64,000 bases of DNA from Gammaproteobacteria bacterium (GTDB lineage Bacteria > Pseudomonadota > Gammaproteobacteria > Pseudomonadales > Azotimanducaceae): NCBI GenBank assembly GCA_009839505.1, contig VXPO01000013.1, positions 43,300 to 107,299 of the forward strand, written 5' to 3'. Both the position numbers and the translations under genes were made by a program. The notes under the pieces are model-generated. The model was given only the letters and a program-made list of their open reading frames with translations, ran no database searches and was not told the origin of the DNA. How positions within the stretch are numbered: position 1 is the stretch's first letter; each line of letters starts with the position of its first letter. This document shows positions 10,335-22,194 of this stretch, piece after piece.

Positions 10335-11720
10335 GTGCTTGATACCCGCGTGGCGCAATCCGCCATCGACCACGCCATCGCTCTCGGCGCTGACTTCGCC
10401 GAGGTGTTCGTGGAACGCAACCAGATTAACAACATCGCGACCCTGTCGAGCCAGGTGCGCGACATCGCGTCGGGCATCGACTTCGGCGTCGGCGTCCGCG
10501 TCGTGTACGGAACCAACGTGCTTTACGGCTACACCAACCGCACCGATCAAGAGGAACTGAAACGGATCGTCTCGGAACTCGCCGCCAAGGACCGGCGGGA
10601 TCCTGCAGCCGTATCCCAGGCGTTCGACTTCCGGGTCGCTGCGGACGCCCACCGTGCCGAGCGTACGCTCTCCAAGGATGCGGAGGTCGGCGACAAGGTG
10701 GCCTACCTGGTCGCCGCCGATCGAGCCGCACGCAAGGCGAGCAACCTCATTTCGCAGACCCAGGGCGCCTGTACCCAGCGTCAACAGGGGGTCGAGATAT
10801 TCAACAGCGAGGGTCTGCACATCCGCGACACGCGGCACTACGTCCGCGCCAGCCTGCGCGCCGTGGCCTCCAACGGAACCGAGCAGGCCACCGGTTCGAG
10901 AAACGACGGCGGCCTCTTGGGCTGGGAGATCGTCGAGACCCTCGATCCAGCGGAATGCGGGTCCGAAGCCGCTCGCCAGGCCCTGGTCAATCTGTCCGCC
11001 AAACCGTGCCCGTCGGGTCGAATGCCGGTGGTCATCGGCAACGGCTTCGGCGGCGTGATCTTCCACGAGGCCTGCGGGCATCTGCTGGAGACCACGTCGG
11101 TTGCCAAGCAGGCGTCAGTCTTCCACGACCGGCTCGGCGAGGTGGTCGCCAATCCTGTCGTGAACGCCGTGGACGACGGCACACTTCTCCGGGAATGGGG
11201 TTCGATCAACGTCGACGACGAAGGCATGGCGACGGAGCGAACACAGCTGATCAAGGACGGAGTACTCGTCAACTTTCTCGCCGACCGTGTCGGCGCGGCC
11301 CAGACCGGCCTTCCACGTACCGGCTCCGGGCGCCGGCAGAGCTACCAGTACGCACCCGCGTCGAGGATGCGCAACACCTTCATCGAATCGGGCGACGACA
11401 GCTTCGACGACATGATCGCGTCCATCGACCGGGGCCTGTACGCCTCGCACATGGGTGGCGGTTCGGTGCAACCCGGCACGGGCGAGTTCAACTTCGCGGT
11501 CGTCGAGGGCTACTACGTGGAGGACGGCAAGGTACGCTACCCGGTCAAGGCCGCGACGCTCATCAGCACCGGTCCCGACGTGTTGCGACGCATCTCCATG
11601 GTTGGACGCGATTTCGCCCTGGCCACCGGCATGTGCGGTTCGGTCTCGGGAATGGTACCCACCACCGTAGGCCAGGCCACGCTGAAGGTGGACGATATCC
11701 TCGTCGGGGGCAACGCCTGA
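10335..11720 (+). CDS. tldD: Metalloprotease TldD
   Basis: VLDTRVAQSAIDHAIALGADFAEVFVE... and the HEACGHLLE zinc motif. GTG at 10335 with GAGGAG 6 nt upstream. The longer N-terminal extension is Arg-rich. Confidence 0.92.
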   Translation: MLDTRVAQSAIDHAIALGADFAEVFVERNQINNIATLSSQVRDIASGIDFGVGVRVVYGTNVLYGYTNRTDQEELKRIVSELAAKDRRDPAAVSQAFDFRVAADAHRAERTLSKDAEVGDKVAYLVAADRAARKASNLISQTQGACTQRQQGVEIFNSEGLHIRDTRHYVRASLRAVASNGTEQATGSRNDGGLLGWEIVETLDPAECGSEAARQALVNLSAKPCPSGRMPVVIGNGFGGVIFHEACGHLLETTSVAKQASVFHDRLGEVVANPVVNAVDDGTLLREWGSINVDDEGMATERTQLIKDGVLVNFLADRVGAAQTGLPRTGSGRRQSYQYAPASRMRNTFIESGDDSFDDMIASIDRGLYASHMGGGSVQPGTGEFNFAVVEGYYVEDGKVRYPVKAATLISTGPDVLRRISMVGRDFALATGMCGSVSGMVPTTVGQATLKVDDILVGGNA

Positions 11721-13057
11721 TGGCGGCCAACGGTATCGAAAGCAACGCCCGCCACGTGCTCGACAGGGTCGTGAACGCCGGGGCGGCCGGCGACCTCGTT
11801 GTCCGCGAAGCGGCGTCGCTGTCGCTCAAGGCCCACGCTGGCCTGCTCGAAGAGCACAAGGTCACGTCCACGCGCGTCTACGGCGTCCGCGCGGTCAAGG
11901 ACGATCGCGCCGGCATCGCCTACAGCGAAGCGGACGATGCCGCGGCGCTGGACTCCATGGTCGACCAAGCCCTCGTCAACGCGGCGTTCGCCCGCGTCGA
12001 CCCCAACGAGGGAGTCGCTCCGGGCGACACCGCGTTGACCACCGACGACGCGATCTTGAGTCCGACCGACGCCACGACGGTGGAAGCCAAGATCGACACG
12101 GCACTCCACATCGAACGGGAACTCACCGCCCGCGACAAGGTTCGCAACCTACCCTACAACGGCGTCCAGGACATCACCGCCACGCGGTACGTGTTCTCCA
12201 CCACGGGACGCACGGCCCGTAGTCAGGGCCGCGTCTGCAGCGTCCATGCCTACGCGTTGGCCAGCGACGCCGGCAAGGACGCCCTCGAAGGCGTGCAGTG
12301 GCACGGGCGTCGTTTCGACGAGATCGACACCGAGTGGATCATCGAAGAGACCTACCGGCGCTGCCTTGCGATGCTCCAGGGCGAGGCCATCCCGAGCAGG
12401 CACTACGACGTGCTGTTCGACGCCGAGCACCAAGCCGACCTGTTCGCCGTGTTCGCCGACATGTTCTCGGCGAAGACCGCCCGGGACGGCATCAACCCAT
12501 TGCGCGACAAGGTCGGCGAGCAGGTCGCCGTGGAAGCGCTGACGATCCGCGATGCGCCGCTCGATGCGGACGGTCTCCGCTACGCCCTGTTCGACGACGA
12601 GGGACTGTCCACCGCAACTACCGATCTGATCGACGCGGGGGTGTTGAATACCCTTGCGCACAACAGCGCCACGGCGGCGCATTTCGATGTGCCCAATACG
12701 GGCAACGCCGAACGTTCGCCGCGCTCATCCCTCGGCGTCGGGCTGCACCAACTCGAGATTGCTCCAGGCGACGTGACGGAGAGCTCTCTGACGAGCGGTG
12801 AGTACCTCGAGATCGTCGATCTGGCAGGGCTTCACTCGGGTGCCAACACGGTATCAGGCGACTTCAGCTTCGGTGCCGCCGGATTCCTCTGCCGGGATGG
12901 TCAACGGCTGCGCCCGGTGCGCAACATCACCGTGGCGGGAAACTTCTACGAGATGCTGACGAAGATCGCCGCGATCGGCGACACGCAACACTGGAACCCC
13001 GAACGCTCGGCGCTGATGGCCCGTATCCGCTTCGCCGACGTGGCCATCTCCGGCTGA
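11720..13057 (+). CDS. pmbA: Metalloprotease PmbA (TldE)
   Basis: MAANGIESNARHVLDRVV... The start overlaps the tldD stop (TGATG). The C-terminal ...GDFSFGAAGFL...VAGNFYEMLTKI is typical of PmbA_TldD. Confidence 0.9.
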   Translation: MAANGIESNARHVLDRVVNAGAAGDLVVREAASLSLKAHAGLLEEHKVTSTRVYGVRAVKDDRAGIAYSEADDAAALDSMVDQALVNAAFARVDPNEGVAPGDTALTTDDAILSPTDATTVEAKIDTALHIERELTARDKVRNLPYNGVQDITATRYVFSTTGRTARSQGRVCSVHAYALASDAGKDALEGVQWHGRRFDEIDTEWIIEETYRRCLAMLQGEAIPSRHYDVLFDAEHQADLFAVFADMFSAKTARDGINPLRDKVGEQVAVEALTIRDAPLDADGLRYALFDDEGLSTATTDLIDAGVLNTLAHNSATAAHFDVPNTGNAERSPRSSLGVGLHQLEIAPGDVTESSLTSGEYLEIVDLAGLHSGANTVSGDFSFGAAGFLCRDGQRLRPVRNITVAGNFYEMLTKIAAIGDTQHWNPERSALMARIRFADVAISG

Positions 13058-13111
13058 TTCATGCAACCGGGGTGGCGACCCTCGTGGCCAGCACCACGAA
13101 CCGGTCCTCGG

Positions 13112-14149
13112 CTATGTCGGGGACACGCGGTAGTTCCATTGACCAATGAAGGCGTCGGGGACAACGGCAAGCGCCTCGAGCTGATCGTTGCTGATCGTCC
13201 TTCCGCTCGCGCGCTCGGATCTCGGAGGACGTGAGCGTTTCAGCCTTCCGCTCGCCTCGCCAAGCAGGTTGACGATGGCTTCGCGGCTGACGGTCGGTCG
13301 AATTCGGTCGTTTTCCACGACCCGGGCGGACATGCGGTGCTCGATCCGGCGCCACCGGCTCGTTGCCGGCGGGAAGTGGCACATGAAGGTAACCACTCCG
13401 AGGCTGTCCGCAAGTCGTTGGAGTTCGACCTTCCAGACTCGACTGACTTCGCTCGCCGCACCGCCGCAGTCGGTGGTGATCAGCAGGCGCGACGCGTTCG
13501 GGTAGGCAGCGCGGCCCATCTTCCGCCACCAACGGTCGACGATCTGCGCGGCGAACTCGGCCGTGTCCTGGTCGATTCCCACGTCCACCCAGCCCTTGAC
13601 CCTGTCCTCCACGTGCGCGGGCGTGGCCTCGCCCGATCCCGCCACCGCGAAGTCACTGATTCTCGTGGGTTCGGGCAACTCCCCGGAGCGCCAGCGCAAT
13701 CCGCCGATTCGGTAGGGACCGATCAACTGCTTGCGCGTGTCGACCCAGATCGCCGGTTGTCCCGCATCCTGGAAGTCAAGCACGCGCTGGCCGATGTATC
13801 GAAACTGGGCGTCGCGGTCGAAACGCCTGCGTCCTTCACGTGTCTGTCGGTTCGACCGGAGGCTGTACCCCAGTTCGTGCAGGAGCCCGCTCACCACGGC
13901 CGCGTTCGCGCTTCGACCTTGGGCGTGGAGGCGTTCCGTGAGCACCGCAATGCTGCTGCAGGTCCACCGGAGCGGACCCTCCGGCTCTTCTATTCCGGCA
14001 CGATCGAAGAGGCGTTCTACCGCCTTGGCAAGTCCCGGTCGCCGATCGGTCAATGGTCGCTCGCCACTGCTCGTCGACGCGTCCCCGTCGCGACCCGTTG
14101 CCGACGCCGTCCCGAATCCATCCATGACAGCATCGTAGACACCAGCCAT
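13112..14149 (-). mobile_element. ISAzo13-family (DDE_Tnp_ISAZ013) transposase, N-terminally truncated remnant
   Basis: PLRWTCSS...RDAQFRYIGQRV...DTAEFAAQIVDRWWRKMG...LLITTDCGGAASEVSRVWKVELQRLADSLG...CHFPPATSRWRRIEHRM...GQWNYRVSP matches recalled ISAzo13 transposase hallmarks. It is 345 aa against about 430-470 for intact copies, so the HTH region is missing. I found no terminal inverted repeats by eye. Confidence 0.8.
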
Positions 14150-14243
14150 GCCGGCGTATGTAGGAAATCAGCCCGATTGCGCGTGTGACTTCCGCCCGGC
14201 CGCTACACTCCCGACGGGGGGTCGAATAGTCGATGTCACATGG

Positions 14244-14259
14244 CGGGGCGCGCGCCCCG
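14244..14259 (-). terminator. Perfect GC palindrome downstream of ilvC (candidate terminator or REP-like hairpin)
   Basis: CGGGGCGCGCGCCCCG lies 15 nt beyond the ilvC stop. There is no T-tract, so intrinsic termination is uncertain. Confidence 0.3.
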
Positions 14260-14273
14260 AGAACGAGCCCGTT

Positions 14274-15809
<1,536 letters not shown>

Positions 15810-15810
<1 letters not shown>

Positions 15811-17588
15811 TAGAGATCCTCGCGGATGTCGTCGCGTCCGTCGACCCGTTCCAGGACCATGTCATTCATGGCACCGCCTTTGACGGCCATTGGGTAGACG
15901 TGTTCCTCGGGATCGATGTGGGCGTCGACGAACACCAAGTCGTCGGTGTGCTTCGGCCCGAAGACATCGGCCATGACGTCATCGAGTTCGGCTAGGGTGT
16001 CGATTCGGTAGGCGACGTGGCCAAACGACTCGGTCAGCGCCTTGAAGTCCGGCAGCGCATCTCGGTAGGTACTATGTGAGTGGCGTCCCCCGTACTGCAT
16101 GTCCTGCCACTGCTTGACCATGCCGAGGGCCTGGTTGTTGAGGTTGATGATCTTGATCGGCAGCGCGTACTGCATGCAGGTGGACAGTTCCTGCATGTTC
16201 ATCATGAAGCTGCCCTCGCCGGTGATGCACGCCACGGCGGCGGCCGGGTGCGCGAACTGCACGCCCATGGCAGCCGGCAGACCAAATCCCATGGTGCCGA
16301 GGCCACCGCTGTTGATCCATCGCCGCGGAGCGTCGAACTTGTAGTACTGGGCGGCGAACATCTGGTGTTGGCCGACATCGCTGGTCACGAACGCCTGGCC
16401 TTCCGTGGCCCGATACACGGCTTGGACGACCTGTTGTGGCAGGAGCGTGCCGTTCAGACCGCAACGATGACGCTGGTCATGGTCTAGCCCGTGGGCGTCC
16501 CGCCATTCGCGGATGCGCGTCCACCACGCTGCGAGCGCATCCCGGTCGAGGCGATCCGGGTCGGCCTCGAGCCGGCGCTCTACAACCGCGTCTATTTCGG
16601 CGAGCACCACCGCGGCCGGTCCGACGATGGGGATGTCGGCGTTGATGATCTTGGAGATGGACGCCGGATCGATGTCGAGGTGGACGATCTTGGCATCGGG
16701 TGCGAACTTGCCGGGGTTGTTGGTCACCCGATCGTCGAACCGTGCCCCCACGGCGAAGATGAGATCGGCGTGGTGCATGGCCATGTTCGCCTCGAAGGTG
16801 CCGTGCATGCCCAGCATGCCCAGGAACTGGTCGTCGTCCCCGGGGAATCCTCCCAACCCCATGAGCGTGTTGGTCACCGGAAACCCGAGCCGTCGGGCGA
16901 GTTGCGTGAGCGGAGCGGCGGCATCGCCCTGAATGACGCCACCGCCGGTGTAGATCACCGGCCGTTTGGCGCCGAGTAGAGCGTTCACCGCCTTCTTGAC
17001 CTGGCCGCTGTGGCCGCGTGTCGCCGGAGCGTACGAGCGCAGCGACACCGACGCGGGGTATTCGTAGTCGAACAGCATGTTGGGATCGGTGGTGTCCTTG
17101 GGCACGTCGATGACCACCGGCCCGGGGCGTCCGGAACGCGCTATGTAGAACGCCTCCTTGACGACCTGCGGCAGTTCCGAAGCATCCCTCACGAGATAGC
17201 TGTGCTTCACCACCGGCCGCGACACGCCGACCATGTCGGTCTCCTGGAACGCGTCCGTGCCGATGACCTCGTTCGGCACCTGTCCCGAAATCACGACGAT
17301 CGGGGTCGAGTCCATGTAGGCGGTGGCGATGCCGGTGACGGCATTGGTCGCACCGGGGCCCGATGTGACCAGCACGACGCCCGGTTTGCCCGTCGAGCGC
17401 GCGTAGCCGTCCGCCATGTGAGTGGCGGCTTGCTCGTGACGGACGAGGATGTGCTCGATGCGCTGCTGCTTGAAGATCGCGTCGTAGATGTGCAGCACGG
17501 CCCCACCGGGGTAGCCGAAGACGTGCTCGACACCCTCGTCCTGCAATGCGCGAATGAGCATCTCCCCGCCGGACAGGCGTTCGGACAT
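15810..17588 (-). CDS. ilvI: Acetolactate synthase large subunit (ThDP-dependent)
   Basis: MSERLSGGEMLIRALQDEGVEHVFGYPGGAVLHIYDA... and GGLGTMGFGLPAAMG. ATG at 17588; the track ORF extends to 17600. Confidence 0.95.
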
Positions 17589-17621
17589 CGGCAACAACAC
17601 TCCCCCGAAAAAAGGGCGCGT

Positions 17622-17627
17622 ACTATA
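17622..17627 (-). promoter_or_regulatory. Candidate -10 hexamer (TATAGT) upstream of ilvI
   Basis: The minus strand reads GGTATAGTACGCGCCCTTTTTTCGGGGGAG, 34 nt upstream of the ilvI ATG, in the only AT-rich patch of the 55-nt spacer. No convincing -35. Confidence 0.2.
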
Positions 17628-17643
17628 CCAGTCCCTATCCGCC

Positions 17644-18498
17644 CTACGGTTCGTCGGTGCGCTGCGGTCGGGGCAAAGGGATGAGCGCGAAGGTGGCAGC
17701 CTGGTAGTCGCGGTAGCCGGGGTACTTGGCGGCGGAGATCGCCTCCGTGATGCGGGTCGACCCGATTAGCAACGCCGTCAGCAGAACGACGCCGAACACG
17801 GTCCAGTTCAGCCACTGTCCCGAGGCCGCCACGGCGAACAGGTAGAAGACCCACCACATGCCGAGCTCGCAGAAATAGCTAGGATGTCGGCAGTAGCGGA
17901 ACAATCCCGTGGAGATGAACGGCTCCGTCACCGTCTCGCCGCCCGCGAGGCGCCTCTTCTTGTCCTGTTGGAACCTCCACATCTGTTCGTCCCCCGTGGC
18001 CTCGCCGACGAACAGGACAACGAACAGCGCTGCCGCGAGGAAGTCGAGCCAGCCAAGGGGTGTCTCCTGCCCCAGCCAGGCTTGGTGCACGGGAGACGTG
18101 AACAGCCAGATCAGGAGCATCTGGACCGGGGCGATGAAGGTGATGTTGAGCACCTGGAACCCGACCGGGCCGAGCTTCTCTCTCGTGTATGCCCAGCGGT
18201 AGTCCATGTTCCGGAGCCGATAACCGTCCTTGCGGGCGTGGTTGAACGTCAACCGAGCACTCCAGGCGATGACCAGAGCGGTCATCACGTTCACCCGCGC
18301 CGAGTCGAAGTCCGCGTGGGCCGCGACGATCAGGCAGTAGACCGGCGGCAAGAGGCTCCAAAGGTTGTCCACCAGTGAGTAGTCGCGGGTGAGCACCGAG
18401 AGCAGCCAAACCGCCACGGCGAGTATTAGGCACAGGTCAAGGGCCAACCCGAAGGGTGTGCCAGCGAGGGGATGTTCAATGAGGTTGAGAGCCGTCAT
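17644..18498 (-). CDS. DUF1295 / steroid-5-alpha-reductase-like polytopic membrane protein
   Basis: Multi-TM protein with the C-terminal motif GLFRYCRHPSYFCELGMWW. Confidence 0.8.
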   Translation of the reverse strand: MTALNLIEHPLAGTPFGLALDLCLILAVAVWLLSVLTRDYSLVDNLWSLLPPVYCLIVAAHADFDSARVNVMTALVIAWSARLTFNHARKDGYRLRNMDYRWAYTREKLGPVGFQVLNITFIAPVQMLLIWLFTSPVHQAWLGQETPLGWLDFLAAALFVVLFVGEATGDEQMWRFQQDKKRRLAGGETVTEPFISTGLFRYCRHPSYFCELGMWWVFYLFAVAASGQWLNWTVFGVVLLTALLIGSTRITEAISAAKYPGYRDYQAATFALIPLPRPQRTDEP

Positions 18499-19273
18499 GG
18501 ATCCTCCGTTCAGGCCCGCCTGTAGCGGGACGATGCCGCCAGATCAGTGTCGCGGAACGCCCGGTGAGACCGTCCCTACGGTAGGAGAAGAACCGTCCGT
18601 CGCAATGCGTACACAGACCCGAGTACTCGATGGCCCGGACGCCCGCACGCTGTAGACGGTGGCCGATCAGGGACGGCAAGTCCAGGCACCACTTGGATTG
18701 CTTGGGAGTGAGGACCACGGCACGTTCGTGGGCCTCCAGCCTATCCACCACATCCGCGCCGACCTCATAGCAACGTCCACAGATACCGGGTCCCAACCAG
18801 GCGGAGAGCCGTTGCGGCCGCACGGGCACCGCGTCGACCGTGGCTTCGACCACCCCGCCGACTGTCCCCCGCCAGCCGCAATGCGCTGCCGCCACGGCGC
18901 CTCCGCCAAGGTCAGCGAGCAGCAATGGCACGCAGTCGGCCGTCAGGATCGCCAGTCCCAGATTCTCGTCCGCGGTCCAGGCGGCGTCGGCCGTGGCAGG
19001 AGCACCGGCGGCAGTCGACACCGTAGCCGCGAGTACCGTGGTGCCATGTTCCTGATCGAGCCATTGAATGTCGCCGACGCCCATATGATCGATCAAGCTC
19101 CGTCTATTGCGATCCACCCGTTCGGGCTCGTCGCCAACGCCACGACCAAGGTTGAAGGTGTCGTAGGGTGGACGGCTGACACCGCCCAATCGGGTCGTGG
19201 CCAAGGCGCCGACGCCGTGGCAGTTCGCCCACGCGGGACGGATCAAGCCTCTTCCAGCGCGTGCAGCAGGCAC
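18476..19273 (-). CDS. pgeF: Peptidoglycan editing factor PgeF (YfiH, laccase-domain protein)
   Basis: TTRLGGVSRPPYDTFNLG..., ADCVPLLL, AAHCGWRG and CTHCDGRFFSYRRDG. Conserved position downstream of rluD. Confidence 0.88.
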   Translation of the reverse strand: MPAARAGRGLIRPAWANCHGVGALATTRLGGVSRPPYDTFNLGRGVGDEPERVDRNRRSLIDHMGVGDIQWLDQEHGTTVLAATVSTAAGAPATADAAWTADENLGLAILTADCVPLLLADLGGGAVAAAHCGWRGTVGGVVEATVDAVPVRPQRLSAWLGPGICGRCYEVGADVVDRLEAHERAVVLTPKQSKWCLDLPSLIGHRLQRAGVRAIEYSGLCTHCDGRFFSYRRDGLTGRSATLIWRHRPATGGPERRIHDGSQPH

Positions 19274-20241
19274 TTCACGTCCTCCGGCGGTTCCGATTCG
19301 AAGTCGACGCGCGCACCACCCACCGGATGGGGCAATGCCAATCGGCTCGCATGCAGGGCCTGGCGCGGAAACTCCTGGATCGTCCGGGCTTGGTCCGCCG
19401 ATGCTTCCGGCGGGACGATACGGCGCGCGCCGTAACGCCGATCACCCACCAGCGGATGGCCGATGGCGGCCAGATGTACCCTGACTTGGTGGGTGCGTCC
19501 CGTCTCCAAGCGGGCGTGAACGAGCGTGTGCGCCGCGAACCGCCGGCCAACGGCGATGTGGGTCACCGCCTCGCGGCCATCGTCGCGAACCGTCTGGCGC
19601 AGGCGATTCGTCGGATCGCGTCCGATGGGGAGATCAACGGTCTGATCGGCGATGACGACTCCCTCGGCTACGGCCAGGTAGTGTCGTTCGATCCGTCTCT
19701 CGCGCATTGCTTCGCCGAGCTTCAGCAGGCTTGTGGAATTGGCCGCCACGACCATGAGGCCGCTCGTGTCCTTGTCGAGCCGCTGAACCAAGCCAGCCCG
19801 GGGCAGGACGGCCAGGTCGGGCCTGAGTCCGAGAAGGCCGTTGACGAGCGTACCCCGAGGATTCCCGGCACCCGGGTGGACCACCAGGCCCCCTGGCTTG
19901 TCCACCACGATGATGTCGTCATCTTCGTATACCACCTGGAAGTCGAGAGACTCGGCCGACTGCCAGTCGAAACGGGCGGCGCGGGTTGCCTTGAGGCGCA
20001 GGCATTGTCCGCTCGCGACCGCCGTGCTCGGCTTGACGACGCGACCATCGAGGGTGAGTTCACCCGCCCGGATCCAGCGGGCCAGTTCCGAACGGGACAC
20101 CGCGACGTCGGCACCGGCATCCTCGGCGAACAACCGGGCCGCGGTACGATCCAAGCGTTCGCCGTTGAACTTCGGCGGCACGACAGCGTCCAATTCCACC
20201 AGCGCATTGTCGCTGGATTCGCCCACACACGCCCTCGTCAC
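19243..20241 (-). CDS. rluD: 23S rRNA pseudouridine synthase RluD
   Basis: S4 domain followed by VVHPGAGN, RLDKDTSGLMVVA and HQVRVHLAAIGHPLVGDRRYG. Confidence 0.92.
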   Translation of the reverse strand: MTRACVGESSDNALVELDAVVPPKFNGERLDRTAARLFAEDAGADVAVSRSELARWIRAGELTLDGRVVKPSTAVASGQCLRLKATRAARFDWQSAESLDFQVVYEDDDIIVVDKPGGLVVHPGAGNPRGTLVNGLLGLRPDLAVLPRAGLVQRLDKDTSGLMVVAANSTSLLKLGEAMRERRIERHYLAVAEGVVIADQTVDLPIGRDPTNRLRQTVRDDGREAVTHIAVGRRFAAHTLVHARLETGRTHQVRVHLAAIGHPLVGDRRYGARRIVPPEASADQARTIQEFPRQALHASRLALPHPVGGARVDFESEPPEDVKCLLHALEEA

Positions 20242-20369
20242 GACTGTGGGCCAAGCATAGCGTCGGTCGTGCGGCGACTGCTACGATAGACACCGAGCCC
20301 TAACCTCTCGTCGGGGTGGCTCAACGGATAGCGCGACAACGCGCCGAGGAACCAGTGGGGAGCTCGCAA

Positions 20370-21284
20370 ATGCCCAGTCGTCCCTGTCTTCTGACGGCCA
20401 GCGCAACATTCGCCCTAGCCATCACGGGATGTGCCTGGTTCGGTGGCGGCGACGAAGACGAGCAGGAAATCCCGGAGGGGAGCCAGCAGACCCTCTACGA
20501 GGAAGCCCAGCGCAGCCTGCGATCCGGCAACTACGCTAGCGGCATCCTTCGCCTGCAGCGGCTGGAAGCGCGCTTTCCGTTCGGCGACTACGCCGAGCAG
20601 GCGCAGCTGGAGATTATCCACGCGCACTACATGCTGTCCGACGAGGATGCGGCGCGTGCGGCCGCCGAACGGTTCATCCGTCTGCATCCCCAGCACCCGA
20701 ATGTGGACTACGCGTACTACATGCGCGGGCTCATCGCGTTGGCGAAGGGCCGGGGCGTGTTCACGAGGATCTTCGGCACGGACTTGGCGCTTCGCGACGT
20801 CACCCATCTCAAGCAGGCGTTCACCGACTTCGGCGACTTCGTCACGCTCTTTCCAGACAGCGAGTACGCCACCGACGCACGGCTGCGGATGATCTACCTG
20901 CGCGACGTCCTCGCCCGCGCGGAGCTCAAAGTCGCCACCTACTACCTGGGCCGGCGCGCCTACATCGGGGCCGCCAACCGAGCGCGCTACATCGTCGAGA
21001 ACTTCTCCCAAACTTCCGCAGCCCCCGATGCATTGGCGGTGCTCGTGGAGGCCAACTGGCAGCTTGGCCTGCACGAGGCCGCGGACGACGCACTCCAAGT
21101 CCTGGCCTTGAACTTTCCGGATTTCCACGCGTTCGACGACGACGGACGCCTCGTACTCGACGAGGTTATCGGCGACCGCGAGCGCTCCCTGCTGAACCTC
21201 GTGAGTCTCGGACTGCTCGGCCGACCCAAGCTTCCTCCACCGCTCAAGATCGAGCGCCCGGCCACCCAGACCGCATCGTCTTAG
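20370..21284 (+). CDS. bamD: Outer membrane protein assembly factor BamD (lipoprotein)
   Basis: Lipobox in MPSRPCLLTASATFALAITGC, then TPR-like YEEAQRSLRSGNYASGILRLQRLEARFPFGDYAEQAQLEIIHAHY. Divergent from rluD, as in E. coli. Confidence 0.9.
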   Translation: MPSRPCLLTASATFALAITGCAWFGGGDEDEQEIPEGSQQTLYEEAQRSLRSGNYASGILRLQRLEARFPFGDYAEQAQLEIIHAHYMLSDEDAARAAAERFIRLHPQHPNVDYAYYMRGLIALAKGRGVFTRIFGTDLALRDVTHLKQAFTDFGDFVTLFPDSEYATDARLRMIYLRDVLARAELKVATYYLGRRAYIGAANRARYIVENFSQTSAAPDALAVLVEANWQLGLHEAADDALQVLALNFPDFHAFDDDGRLVLDEVIGDRERSLLNLVSLGLLGRPKLPPPLKIERPATQTASS

Positions 21285-21416
21285 GGCCGGCTGCGCCTCC
21301 GTCAAGGCGGCGATCTCGCACAACGAAATCGGCCATTCGCCAATGGTGTGGCGCATGCCGTGAGCGCACACTCGGCGTCCCTAGGGGCAATCCGACAAGC
21401 GGCAAGAGGCGGGCTG

Positions 21417-22001
21417 ATGTGGAGAGCAGGCATTCCCCGCCGTCGAACGAATAGCGGACTCACCTTGGGCGAACTCCTGGCAGCCCTGGCGGTGGTCGCC
21501 GTGCTGGCGGCTTTCGCCGCACCGGGCATGTCTGGCCTGGTGGAGCGCAGGCAGACCGACGCGGTCACTGAACAGATGTTGCGCGCGGTGCACTACACGC
21601 GTGGCCTTGCGGTCACGCGACGAGTCACCGCAACGCTTTGCCCCGGGGCTGGCGAACATTGCGGGCCGCGAGACGGTTGGCACGAGGGGTCGTTCGTGTT
21701 CCTCGACCGGAATGGGGACGGTCGCCGTGCATCCGACGAACCCATCGCCCAGCGTCTGCCTCCGCTGCCGCAAGGCTACCGCGTGACGTGGCGCTCGTTC
21801 CGCAACCGGGTTTCGCTGTCCATGCGACCGAATGGCCTCACCGACTCGCAGTCCGGCAATCTGCTGATCTGTCCACCAGATCGGAATCCAGCGGGTGCGC
21901 GCCAACTGATCGTCAATGCCCAGGGGCGTGTGCGTCGTGCCCGCGACAGTGACGGTGACGGCATCGTGGAGAACGCCCGGGGCGAACCTGTATCGTGCTA
22001 G
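21417..22001 (+). CDS. fimT: GspH/FimT-family type IV minor pilin
   Basis: Prepilin leader plus hydrophobic helix: RRRTNSGLTLGELLAALAVVAVLAAFAAPGMSGLVERRQ. ATG at 21417. Confidence 0.75.
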   Translation: MWRAGIPRRRTNSGLTLGELLAALAVVAVLAAFAAPGMSGLVERRQTDAVTEQMLRAVHYTRGLAVTRRVTATLCPGAGEHCGPRDGWHEGSFVFLDRNGDGRRASDEPIAQRLPPLPQGYRVTWRSFRNRVSLSMRPNGLTDSQSGNLLICPPDRNPAGARQLIVNAQGRVRRARDSDGDGIVENARGEPVSC

Positions 22002-22025
22002 ACACGACCGCTTTGCTGCGTCGCT

Positions 22026-22067
22026 GCCGACCGCAAGCGGTCGGCCAAGAATTCGCTGCGCGAATTC
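22026..22067. terminator. Two tandem hairpins in the convergent fimT / pilX spacer
   Basis: GCCGACCGCAAGCGGTCGGC at 22026-22045 and GAATTCGCTGCGCGAATTC at 22049-22067. There are no T-tracts. Confidence 0.35.
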
Positions 22068-22194
22068 TCCCGGCAGCGAGCGCCGCTGACCGCCAGGCAA
22101 CAAACGGGATTTGTTCCATGGAAGCGCCCCATAGCCGGCCGGCACTTCGCTTCGCTGTGGGCCGGAGGCGAACCCCGGGGACGGCTTTGGGGCG

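Noticed and set aside
10955-13057. 700-aa ORF. Similar N-terminally over-extended ORFs are 38327..39850, 5860..6447, 10146..11720 and 29761..31500.
   Set aside because: The extensions overlap neighbouring genes or are Arg/Pro-rich. Internal starts with Shine-Dalgarno-like sequences give proteins of canonical length (pmbA, ispB, npr, tldD, GT-C).
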